Below the pieces are notes generated by a model. The model saw nothing but the letters and a program-made list of their open reading frames with translations, searched no databases and was not told the origin of the DNA. A DNA stretch of 41,145 nt from assembly GCA_964366465.1 (NCBI GenBank), contig CAYITR010000001.1, positions 1-41,145 on the forward strand, read 5' to 3'. This document shows positions 25,498 through 34,138 of this stretch, one piece after another. The translations under genes were made by a program, and so were the position numbers. Positions within the stretch are counted from its first letter, which is position 1. Each line of letters starts with the position of its first letter. The stretch is from an uncultured Candidatus Saccharibacteria bacterium (lineage in GTDB: Bacteria; Patescibacteriota; Minisyncoccia; Phycocordibacterales; UBA9973).

Positions 25498-25855
25498 AAT
25501 TGATTGAAAGTATTTTTACTTTGAAAAATGGCTGACGATGACCGTTGCGTCGGAGGTCGAGAGACTTTTGTTTATATTTAACGACGAGAATTTTGCGAGC
25601 TCGGCCGATTTCTACGATTTCAGCCTCAACTTTTGCTCCGGTTATATAAGGTGTGCCGATAGTAGTGTCCTTACCATCATCCACAAGTAAAACTTTATCG
25701 AAAGCAAGCTTGTCCCCTTCTTTGTATTCTCCCCCGCCTGCAACAGCTGTAGCACTGCGGGCAGGTTTCATTTTCTCAACAGAAAGCACATCCCCCTTGG
25801 AGACCTTGTACTGCTTCCCACCTGTTTGTATTACGGCAAATTCCTCCTTTTTCAT
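25496..25855 (-). CDS. rplU: 50S ribosomal protein L21 with an internal ~13-aa insertion
   Basis: FAVIQTGGKQYKVSKGDVLSVEK..KVLLV..IGTPYI.GAKVEAEIV..GRARKILVVKYKQK..RRNGHRQPFFKVKI matches L21. Start moved to ATG 25855 (TATAAT 10 nt upstream). The track's N-terminal extension is antisense to the divergent transporter promoter. Confidence 0.85.
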   Translation of the reverse strand: MKKEEFAVIQTGGKQYKVSKGDVLSVEKMKPARSATAVAGGGEYKEGDKLAFDKVLLVDDGKDTTIGTPYITGAKVEAEIVEIGRARKILVVKYKQKSLDLRRNGHRQPFFKVKILSIN

Positions 25856-25912
25856 ATAAGCCCATATTATAAGATTTTTTGCAAAAAGGCAAGTTTTTGC
25901 TATACTACTCCT

Positions 25913-26947
25913 ATGATGCAAACAAAAATAATTGAGAAGTATTTTTTCTTCGGGCTTTTGACCGCCACATTTGTTTTTACTTTTTTTATTTTTCAACCAT
26001 TCTGGGTGGTGCTGGTGTTCGGAGCCTCTTTTTCTATTGTCCTCTATCCTGTGTTTGAATGGTTAAAAAAGGGCCGTTTGCCGAGTTATTTGGCTTCGTT
26101 GTTGACAGTAATTCTTTTCACAATAATACTTTGTGGGCCTATCTTGGGCATCGGCGCCTTAGTTTTTAAGCAAACGAAAGACATTTATAGCTCGGTCATC
26201 GAGAAACAAGCTTCCTACCCGATACTGGATTCTATTAACAACTCTGTAAACAACTACCTCCCTGAGGGTGTCACCTTCGATATAAATACGAAAGTTACAT
26301 CCTTTATTTCGTATCTCTCACACAATGTAGCGAGCGTTTTCACCTCCACGGTTTCGGCCTTTTTCTCCTTTATCTTAACGCTATTTATTATTTTCTTCTT
26401 TTTGAAAGACGGCGCGAAATGGAAAAGAATAATCATGATTTTGAGTCCGCTTTCAGACAAAAATGATGAAAAAATAATTGAAAGATTGAAGATAGCGGTC
26501 AATAGTGTGATGATGGGTAATCTTTTTATTGCCTTGATTCAGGGTGTCTTGATGGGCTTCGGACTCTGGATATTCAACGTGCCCAACCCTGCTGTTTGGG
26601 GGCTAGTGGCCTCTGTGGCTTCATTTATTCCGACGATAGGCACTTCGCTGATTTCGATACCAGCAATGATTTTCTTGTTTTACACCGGCGAAACTTCATC
26701 CGCTATCGGGCTCTTAATTTGGGCAGTCATTGTAGTCGGACTAGTTGATAATTTCTTGAGCCCTATAATCATCGGTGAAAAAATAAATGTGCCTCCGCTC
26801 TTGATTTTGTTTTCTGTGCTTGGTGGAATTTCACTTTTGGGTCCAGCTGGCGCACTGCTCGGGCCACTGACCGTGAGCTTCCTTTATACCCTGATTGCAA
26901 TCTATAGGAATGAATTTAAGCAAAATGAGCAAAATATATCTATATAA
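25913..26947 (+). CDS. AI-2E (PerM/YhhT) family transporter
   Basis: Polytopic membrane protein with SFIPTIGTSLISIPAMIFL, characteristic of the AI-2E family. Start moved to ATG 25913, 6 nt after the extended -10 TGcTATACT. Confidence 0.75.
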   Translation: MMQTKIIEKYFFFGLLTATFVFTFFIFQPFWVVLVFGASFSIVLYPVFEWLKKGRLPSYLASLLTVILFTIILCGPILGIGALVFKQTKDIYSSVIEKQASYPILDSINNSVNNYLPEGVTFDINTKVTSFISYLSHNVASVFTSTVSAFFSFILTLFIIFFFLKDGAKWKRIIMILSPLSDKNDEKIIERLKIAVNSVMMGNLFIALIQGVLMGFGLWIFNVPNPAVWGLVASVASFIPTIGTSLISIPAMIFLFYTGETSSAIGLLIWAVIVVGLVDNFLSPIIIGEKINVPPLLILFSVLGGISLLGPAGALLGPLTVSFLYTLIAIYRNEFKQNEQNISI

Positions 26948-28307
26948 CACCCTCACCCGAGACAAGGAAGAATTCTCCCCTATTGACCCAAAGGAAGTCC
27001 GCATATATTCCTGCGGACCGACGGTAAACAACTATGCTCATATTGGCAATCTTCGAGCCTATGTTTTCGCCGATCTTTTACAAAAAACTTTAGAATATTC
27101 AGGGTATAAAGTTAAGCGCGTAATGAATATCACCGACATTGGAATCATGTCTAGCGACGCAGACACTGGTGAAGATAAAATGACTGCAGCGCTTCTGCGT
27201 GAAGGTAAAGAATTGAATTTAAAAAATATGCGAGAGCTTGCAGAATTTTATACTGAAAAATTTAAAGAGGACTTACAAAAACTAAATATCAAGATACCAG
27301 GTGAAATATATTTCGCAAGTGATTATGTAAAAGAAGACATTGAGCTTGTGCAGAAATTAGAAAAAAGAGGTTTTACATACAAAACGAGTGACGGAATTTA
27401 TTTTAATACTGGAATGGTGCCGGACTACGGAGTACTCTGGGGTGGAACAAGAAATTCGGATGAGGGTAAAACCAGAGTTGGTGATAATCCAGAGAAAAAG
27501 GATCCGAAAGATTTTGCGCTATGGAAATTTAATTCACAAATCGGTTACGAATCCCCTTTTGGCAAAGGCTTCCCTGGTTGGCACATAGAATGTTCGGCAA
27601 TCGGGATGAAATTCCTAGGCGAGCAATTTGATATTCACACCGGAGGCATAGACTTGATACCCACACACCACACTAATGAAATTGCGCAGTCAGAATCAGC
27701 TACAGGTAAAAAGCCATTTGTGCGTTTTTGGTTGCATAATGAATTTGTTGATACAGGTAACGAAAAAATGTCTAAATCAAAAAGTAATTTTTTGCAGTTA
27801 AAAAGCTTGTCCGAAAAAAATTTAAATCCAATAACTTATCGTTTTTGGCTTTTAATGGCAAGCTACCGCACCAAGGTCAACTTTAGCTGGGAAGCCCTAG
27901 AAGGCGCAGAAACGGCCTTAAAACGCTTATATGGTCTGTATTTAGGCCTTACGGAAGGAACGGGTCAAATACACGAGGTCTATAAAAACAAGTTCCTAGA
28001 GTACCTTAGCGACGACCTAGATACCCCTAGGGCACTCACTATACTTTGGGACGTAATAAAAGATGGCAATATGTCCGATGCCGATAAAAAAGCGACAATT
28101 CTAGACTTCGACAAAGTTCTCGGGCTTGGATTTGCCGACCTCAAAGAGGAAATTATTCCAAACGAAGTTTTGCAAATAGTAAAAGAGCGCGAAGAAGCAA
28201 GAAGTAGTAAAGATTTCCAAAAATCCGACGAACTCCGCAAAAAAATAAATTCTCTAGGCTACGAGGTCAAAGACACCGAATCTGGCCAAAAAATTTCTAA
28301 AATTTAG
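26925..28307 (+). CDS. cysS: Cysteine--tRNA ligase
   Basis: MSKIYLYNTLTR N-terminus, HIGH-type YAHIGNLR, GWHIECS zinc/cysteine pocket, and KMSKS (EKMSKSKSN). Overlaps the transporter 3' end by 23 nt. Confidence 0.9.
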   Translation: MSKIYLYNTLTRDKEEFSPIDPKEVRIYSCGPTVNNYAHIGNLRAYVFADLLQKTLEYSGYKVKRVMNITDIGIMSSDADTGEDKMTAALLREGKELNLKNMRELAEFYTEKFKEDLQKLNIKIPGEIYFASDYVKEDIELVQKLEKRGFTYKTSDGIYFNTGMVPDYGVLWGGTRNSDEGKTRVGDNPEKKDPKDFALWKFNSQIGYESPFGKGFPGWHIECSAIGMKFLGEQFDIHTGGIDLIPTHHTNEIAQSESATGKKPFVRFWLHNEFVDTGNEKMSKSKSNFLQLKSLSEKNLNPITYRFWLLMASYRTKVNFSWEALEGAETALKRLYGLYLGLTEGTGQIHEVYKNKFLEYLSDDLDTPRALTILWDVIKDGNMSDADKKATILDFDKVLGLGFADLKEEIIPNEVLQIVKEREEARSSKDFQKSDELRKKINSLGYEVKDTESGQKISKI

Positions 28308-28310
28308 AAT

Positions 28311-28331
28311 CTACAAGGGTTACCCTTGTGG
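28311..28331. repeat. REP-like hairpin, left flank of the RayT-like gene
   Basis: CTACAAGGGttaCCCTTGTGG lies 3 nt after the cysS stop and overlaps the last codons of the transposase ORF. Confidence 0.75.
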
Positions 28332-28967
28332 TGGTACTAGCCAGCTAAATAATTCTCTCTTGTGATCTATGGGATTTTTAAAATACGCAGGAAAGGGACC
28401 AGTATTAATTATTTTTCTTTTTAATCCAACTCCTGTTTTCAGGTATTCTTGTAAACTGGAATATTTATACTCAAACACAAATTTTGTTAAATCATTTAAT
28501 GATTTCGTGGGATTTTCTTTCCAATTTTTATCAATTAATTTCGCTGGATTGAGATGAATATATGCATATAAATATTTCAAGTATCGATCATCTCCTGCGT
28601 GAGAAGATTTAAAAGTGCTTTCAAATAATCTGCCTGTGCGTTTATATTTTAAATTAAAATACATTGAATAGGCGGTGAGAAGTTTGAGCATGTAAGTGGA
28701 AATTCCTTTTTCGCTTTTTTCATATGCTAAAACATGGATATGATTTGGCATCAAACAATAAGCACCGATATCGACAATAGTTTCCCCTCTTTCAAATTTT
28801 TCACCCAAAGCTTTCATCCTTATCGGCTTTTTAGTATTACATATGTGCATTAAAAAAAGAAAATACTCGTGGTCTGATACATCTAAGAAAATAGTTCGCT
28901 TTTCTATCCCCCTAGTGTATAAGTGATAATGCTCTCCAACCATAAAAGATATTTTTCTAGTAGCCAT
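28320..28967 (-). CDS. IS200/IS605-superfamily Y1 HUH transposase, REP-associated (RayT-like)
   Basis: HYHLYTRG..IFLD, HUH motif YCLMPNHIHVL, GRLFESTFKS, and catalytic-Tyr helix YLKYLYAYIHLNPAKL. Start ATG 28967, 6 nt after TATACT. Confidence 0.8.
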   Translation of the reverse strand: MATRKISFMVGEHYHLYTRGIEKRTIFLDVSDHEYFLFLMHICNTKKPIRMKALGEKFERGETIVDIGAYCLMPNHIHVLAYEKSEKGISTYMLKLLTAYSMYFNLKYKRTGRLFESTFKSSHAGDDRYLKYLYAYIHLNPAKLIDKNWKENPTKSLNDLTKFVFEYKYSSLQEYLKTGVGLKRKIINTGPFPAYFKNPIDHKRELFSWLVPPQG

Positions 28968-28996
28968 ACAAAAAGTATAAATCAATCATTCCGAAA

Positions 28997-29017
28997 CTAC
29001 AAGGGTTACCCTTGTAG
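28997..29017. repeat. REP-like hairpin, right flank of the RayT-like gene
   Basis: CTACAAGGGttaCCCTTGTAG is 20/21 identical to 28311-28331. Confidence 0.75.
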
Positions 29018-29034
29018 TGCTTTTAGTGAAAACT

Positions 29035-29829
29035 CTACTTATTGGATGCAAACATTCTTGCGTATTTTTCTGCAAGAACTACACCCACATCATCCTTAGG
29101 AACGCCCGCAACAGTAGACTGCCATTCGCCCGCCTGTGTATATTTTTCTTCTGTTCTAATAGTAATTGGATCTCTTAATTTATTTATATTTGCAGTTGGA
29201 CCTAAAAATAGTTCAGACCCTATACCAGCCCAAGGATAGGAACCCGAAAGTCTTTGGGTATCTGCTGTATTTACATTAAAACAATAGACCATATCTTCGG
29301 GCTTTAATGTTTCGCGTAAAATTTTACGAAATGTTCCCTGAAAAGAATCGTGCCTTTTTAATTGTGGGTAAATAAGAAGAACACCGCCACTTTTTATATG
29401 AGCATCTATCCCGTCTATTGTTGCTTTTAGGCTTTTTGGACCCGTAGAAGCTGAAAAAAAATACTTTTGTGCAATATCAGGAGGTAAAGAATCGTACAAC
29501 TCACTGGCAACCATCACCTTCAGGTCTTCCCTCTCCAGTACACTCAAGATTATAGGGGTTTCAGATGCGCTAGGGTGGTTACATATAACTATTCCTGGTT
29601 CTGTATTCAATCTATGTCGCATATCTGGAAACCCAGGATTGTCTTCTTGTAAAAATTTAGGTACTACTCCTAGATCTGTCAAATGTTTAGATATAACATT
29701 CCTACGGACACTGCTCCATCCGCCCTCGCGAAAGTCACGCTCAGCTCCAGAAGATAAGAATCGTCTTGTAGCTTATTGTGTAAAACGCACTGTAAGGTCT
29801 TTTTTAATTTTTCCAGGCGGTGATTCCAT
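29035..29829 (-). pseudogene. Acyltransferase-like (PlsC/LPLAT-type HX4[D/E]) gene interrupted by one in-frame TAA
   Basis: ATG 29829 (10 nt after the speB stop) opens MESPPGKIKKDLTVRFTQ. Then TAA (plus tta 29773-29775), and the same frame continues ATRRFLSSG..HLTDLGVV into track ORF 29035..29682. VICNHPSASETP resembles the NHxxxxD acyltransferase motif, but the family call is weak. Confidence 0.45.
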
Positions 29830-29839
29830 GGATTCAGTT

Positions 29840-30685
29840 CTATTTTCTGAACTTATAGCCGATGAGTTTGAAAGCAAGCTTGGCGACGAGGAAGTCGTAA
29901 GCGTGGAAGCGTGGGATGGGTGCGCACTCGGCGATGTCTGCGCCGACAACATTTTTCTCGCGAGTAACAGCTTCGAAAATCTCCATTACTTGATACCAAG
30001 TAAGCCCCCCGGGCTCTGGAGTGCCAGTCGCCGGCATGACCGACGAATCGAATACATCCACATCGAAAGAAATGTAAACATTTTTGCCAAGTTGGCTTAA
30101 AATTTTCGGCAAGTCAAATTTGTTGCCATAGTTGACCTGTGTCTTGTCGATGTATTGTTGTTCCGAAAGCGCGGTGTTACGCGTGCCGACCCAAACTATA
30201 TTTTTAATTCCCCCTTCCTGGCACCTGCGAGCAGCGCAAGCGTGCGACCACTTGGTCCCACCCCACTCTTGCCGACAATCGGTGTGTGCGTCAAAATATA
30301 AAATTGAAAGATCTGGATATTTTTCTTGGTAAGCCTTCACTAAGGCTGGAGTGATAGAGTGCTCTCCACCGATACTGAGCAAAAATTTATCTGTATGGGG
30401 TGCAGCTGCTTTATTTATTTTATCTTGAATCGCTTCTAGATCATCCTCAGGGAAATCCAAAAATGGCAAGGTTGCAATTTTAACCTTGCTGTCAACTTCG
30501 TAACCATGTTCATGGTCATAGCGCTCCACTTGTTGCGATGCAGTGATGATAGCCCGCGGGCCCCCGCCTGTACCCTTGCCATAGCTTACTGTCTTCTCGA
30601 GTGGCAACGGCAAGATAAGTGCGTCCGCTTCTTCCAGCGCAACCTCTTCTATTCCTAAAAAATTATCTGGTGTGTTTTCGTCCAT
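29840..30685 (-). CDS. speB: Agmatinase / arginase-family ureohydrolase
   Basis: Mn-binding motifs GGEHSIT, YFDAHTDC and SFDVDVFD. Confidence 0.85.
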   Translation of the reverse strand: MDENTPDNFLGIEEVALEEADALILPLPLEKTVSYGKGTGGGPRAIITASQQVERYDHEHGYEVDSKVKIATLPFLDFPEDDLEAIQDKINKAAAPHTDKFLLSIGGEHSITPALVKAYQEKYPDLSILYFDAHTDCRQEWGGTKWSHACAARRCQEGGIKNIVWVGTRNTALSEQQYIDKTQVNYGNKFDLPKILSQLGKNVYISFDVDVFDSSVMPATGTPEPGGLTWYQVMEIFEAVTREKNVVGADIAECAPIPRFHAYDFLVAKLAFKLIGYKFRK

Positions 30686-30691
30686 GCTAGT

Positions 30692-31792
30692 TTATATCCC
30701 CTCTTTTTTGAGCTCTTCGATAATCTCACGAGATTTGCGAGAAATTTTATTTGGGAGTTTTATATTGAGCTTGATTAATAAATCTCCGCGTTTATTCTTG
30801 CCGATAGGCACACCCTTGCCTCGCACCCGCAGAATTTCGTTAATAGATACACCTTCGGGTATCGTAACCTCAATTGCGCCGTCCAAAGTCTCGATAGGAT
30901 ATTTAGTGCCGAGCAATGCATCAGAGAGTTTCAAATTTAAATTCATCACCAAGTCATGCCCGTCGCGTTTGAAGACAGGATGCGGAGCAACATTTATTTT
31001 TATATATAAGTCACCAGCGGTGCCTTTTGATATTGCTTCGCCCATCGTGGTCATGCGGATCATTTCGCCATCGCGAATCCCAGCCGGAATAACGATAGAG
31101 ATTTCTTCTTCACGACGAGCTACACCTTTGCCTTTACATTTATCACACAATTCTTTTGGCACCTCGCCTGCGCCATGACATTCTTCGCAAATTTTTGTGC
31201 TGGAAATAGTACCGAGGAATGATCTCTTGGCTTCATGAATCTTACCCTGACCATTGCAGTGTTTACAGGTAACCATACCTGAGCCAGCCTTAGCGCCAGA
31301 GCCATGACAAGACAAACACGCGGAAGTTTTCGTAATTAAAATTTTCCTACTGATACCAAAAATAGAGTCAGCAAAAGAAATAGTTATCTCGGTCGAGATG
31401 TCTCTACCTCGGCGCGCCTGCGCTCTGCCACCACCACCGGTGAAAAAGTCACTGAATATGTCGTTCAAATTTCCGAAATCAAACTCTGCGCCATTACCTC
31501 CGAAGCCAGTCGCACCAGAGAAATCAAAACCCTCAAATCCGCCGTATCCACCACCTTGGTGTTGGTGCCCACCAGCGCCCATGTTGGCATATTGAGGTCC
31601 AAATTGATCATATTTAGAACGCTTGCCTTCGTCAGACAGGGTCTGATACGCTTCGTTCACTTCTTTGAACTTTGCCTCATTCCCCTCTTTTTTATCAGGG
31701 TGATATTTGTGCGCCAGCTTATAGAAGGCCTTTTTAATCTCCTCCTTGCTTGCGTTTTTATTTACTCCTAATGTTTCATAGTAATCTTTCAT
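30692..31792 (-). CDS. dnaJ: Molecular chaperone DnaJ
   Basis: J domain DYYETLGV..HKYHPDK, a Gly-rich linker, and four CxxCxGxG zinc-finger repeats. Confidence 0.9.
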   Translation of the reverse strand: MKDYYETLGVNKNASKEEIKKAFYKLAHKYHPDKKEGNEAKFKEVNEAYQTLSDEGKRSKYDQFGPQYANMGAGGHQHQGGGYGGFEGFDFSGATGFGGNGAEFDFGNLNDIFSDFFTGGGGRAQARRGRDISTEITISFADSIFGISRKILITKTSACLSCHGSGAKAGSGMVTCKHCNGQGKIHEAKRSFLGTISSTKICEECHGAGEVPKELCDKCKGKGVARREEEISIVIPAGIRDGEMIRMTTMGEAISKGTAGDLYIKINVAPHPVFKRDGHDLVMNLNLKLSDALLGTKYPIETLDGAIEVTIPEGVSINEILRVRGKGVPIGKNKRGDLLIKLNIKLPNKISRKSREIIEELKKEGI

Positions 31793-31802
31793 AGATTTTT
31801 CA

Positions 31803-33338
31803 TCATATCATAGGCTCTGCTTCTTGTGAAGTTTTTATTTTTGGATTTTCTTCCGCAACTTTTTCCTCCTTTGCCTCGTCAGAACCTGTCGACTCGGTGG
31901 GTTCTTCTTTGCCTTCATTTTCTCCCTCTTTTTTATTTTTACCTTCAATGATAGCTTTTTCTTCTGCGCTTCGGATTATTGTCGCTTCTTCTTCGGCAAT
32001 CAGGCGCGCAGCGGCATCTTTCGAAATGGAGTATTTTTCATGAGAAGCGTTAATTATTTCTTCTCGATAAGAAGGATGAGTCGGAGGCAAAACTCTAAGC
32101 GTCTCCGCCGAAAAAGGATCGTAGGATTCACCATCAATGGTCATTTTGATATAAAATTCTGTCACCGCGAGGTTGATCATGTCTTTCACATCGAAGAGTG
32201 GCGCAAATTCCGGTTTCATTTTGACAGCGTCTTCACCCCCAACTCGGAAAGTTATAATACTCCCGCAATTCCCCAGAACAGCTTGGTGAACTTTAGAAAT
32301 AATCTGCCCGACATATTGATGGGCAATAGTTAGGTTGAGTCCGTATTTACGCGCTTCTGACAAGATGTTTTCAAAAGTCTGCGTAACCACATTCTGAAAC
32401 TCATCCACATATATGTAGAAATCTTTGCGATCTTTTTCGGGTATTGCCGCTCGTTCCATGCCGGCTTGCTTGATTTTGGTTAAAAATATTGACCCAAGAA
32501 AAGAAGAATTTTCCTCGCCGAGGCGCCCTTTAGAAAGATTAATCAGAATAATTTTCTCTTGGTTCATTAATTCACTTATGTCTATTTTGTTTTCCTTCTG
32601 CCCGAAGATGTTGCGGAGGAGTGGGTCGGACAGGAACTGCCCGAGTTTGTTGACAAGCGGAATAATAGCATCAGTGTCGAACTTCTCGGACCAGTCGGCG
32701 AACTCAATAGCGAAGAATCTTTTCACCATGTCGTCGGTGATATACTCCACCACTTTCTGCCGGTAATTTCTGTCGGTCAACATCGAGATCATCCCGCGCA
32801 TTGTCGCGTGCGGGTAGTCGAGGAGCGCAAGGCAAGTAAAACGAAAAACGTGCTCAAGCCTCGGTGTCCAGTTGGCGCCGAACTGCTTTTGGAAAACCTC
32901 AATCAAGCCCTGGGTAAGTTGGAATTTAAACAACGGGTCCACATTGGCGAGTGGATTGAAGGAAGCTGGAAAGTCGAGGTCGGTCGGGTCAATGATACAC
33001 ACATCGTCAATACGCTCTTTCGGTATGTATTCAAGCATAGCGTCGATGACATCTCCGTGCGGGTCAATCAAACAAAGCCCATGTTTGTAGGTGACGTCTT
33101 GGCGAAGCATCAGCTCCAGGAGTTTGGTCTTGCCAACGCCAGACTTCCCTATGATATACAAGTGCCTTCTTCTGTCCACCCGCTTAATGCCGAAAACGAA
33201 CTTCTTCTCTTCAAGAGAAGCCACATAATTCGTCCGCCCGATGAAAGAAACATCTTCGGGATTTACCTTGCCAAAAACCGCCAACTCCGGTGGCGGTGGC
33301 CCATATTTGATTATTTTAACTCGATTTGGCTTTGGCAT
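31803..33338 (-). CDS. Soluble VirD4/TraD (T4CP)-like P-loop ATPase, paralog 1
   Basis: FGIKRVDRRRHLYIIGKSGVGKTK (Walker A), LIDPHGD, FYIYVDEFQN (Walker B-like), LTIAHQY. No N-terminal TM helices. Acidic/Lys-rich low-complexity tail. Preferred start is ATG 33338 (the track uses TTG 33350). Confidence 0.7.
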   Translation of the reverse strand: MPKPNRVKIIKYGPPPPELAVFGKVNPEDVSFIGRTNYVASLEEKKFVFGIKRVDRRRHLYIIGKSGVGKTKLLELMLRQDVTYKHGLCLIDPHGDVIDAMLEYIPKERIDDVCIIDPTDLDFPASFNPLANVDPLFKFQLTQGLIEVFQKQFGANWTPRLEHVFRFTCLALLDYPHATMRGMISMLTDRNYRQKVVEYITDDMVKRFFAIEFADWSEKFDTDAIIPLVNKLGQFLSDPLLRNIFGQKENKIDISELMNQEKIILINLSKGRLGEENSSFLGSIFLTKIKQAGMERAAIPEKDRKDFYIYVDEFQNVVTQTFENILSEARKYGLNLTIAHQYVGQIISKVHQAVLGNCGSIITFRVGGEDAVKMKPEFAPLFDVKDMINLAVTEFYIKMTIDGESYDPFSAETLRVLPPTHPSYREEIINASHEKYSISKDAAARLIAEEEATIIRSAEEKAIIEGKNKKEGENEGKEEPTESTGSDEAKEEKVAEENPKIKTSQEAEPMI

Positions 33339-33381
33339 ATGATTTTGCAAATCACGTCGCGTAAGTCCTTTGGACGCGACG

Positions 33382-33672
33382 CTACCTGTATTTTAGCATG
33401 AATTTGTATGAAAAAGGTTCGGCGTATTTTTCTAAAATACTTCGCTCATATGTGTCGAGTTTGTCGTAACCCAAAATAAAATTCTTTATCACGCTCCATT
33501 CTTCCCTGCCTGCGGGAATAATATCTTTAAAACTTAAAATAGTATCAACTATGTCTAATGCGCGATTTTTTGCATTATTGGCGGCTTCAACTTTCCCAGA
33601 ATCATGAAAAGAAAAAAGCCGGCCTATCTCGGGATATAAGTTTGCCATATAAAAGAGCGCGTTTTTTTCCAT
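33382..33672 (-). CDS. Hypothetical 96-aa protein
   Basis: ORF only, spaced 3 nt from the upstream gene. A GC hairpin CGTCGCGT..ACGCGACG (33355-33381) follows its stop. Confidence 0.45.
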   Translation of the reverse strand: MEKNALFYMANLYPEIGRLFSFHDSGKVEAANNAKNRALDIVDTILSFKDIIPAGREEWSVIKNFILGYDKLDTYERSILEKYAEPFSYKFMLKYR

Positions 33673-33675
33673 AAA

Positions 33676-34032
33676 TTACTTTAAATCAATAAATTTCCGA
33701 ATAATCTCAGTGGCCTTTTTAATAATCTCTTCATTGCTTATATTTCTGGAGCGATTGCCAAAGTTGGGCTTAATGTTGACCATCGAATCAAATTCCAAAA
33801 CCCCGTCAGGATTTTCTTCAAAACGAATATTAAAGCCCCAAACATCTTCAAATTTTGAACCCGTGCTGGTCAGTAGCTCAGAATCTTCAATATGATAATC
33901 CCCGCCCAGCGCCACTCTGCCTCCTTCTATATCCACCGCTCCTTTTATCATCGTTCCATACCAAAAATCCGCCAATTTTTTAACTTCATCTATGCTAATC
34001 TTCTGATCTAAAATAAGTATCCTATTGTCCAT
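33676..34032 (-). CDS. Hypothetical 118-aa protein (small conserved-looking domain, unassigned)
   Basis: The ORF has an extended -10 TGCTAAAAT 8 nt upstream of the ATG. The segment GAVDIEGGRVALGGDYHIEDSELL..EDVWGFNI looks like a widespread small uncharacterised family and needs an HMM search. Confidence 0.5.
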   Translation of the reverse strand: MDNRILILDQKISIDEVKKLADFWYGTMIKGAVDIEGGRVALGGDYHIEDSELLTSTGSKFEDVWGFNIRFEENPDGVLEFDSMVNIKPNFGNRSRNISNEEIIKKATEIIRKFIDLK

Positions 34033-34138
34033 ATTTTTTTATTTTAGCATTTTTGCTGAATTTTTTCTACCTTACAACTTTATACTTTCTACTTTACCTG
34101 TCCCGTAGTGAGCTTTGCTCTACTACTGGGATAACCAC

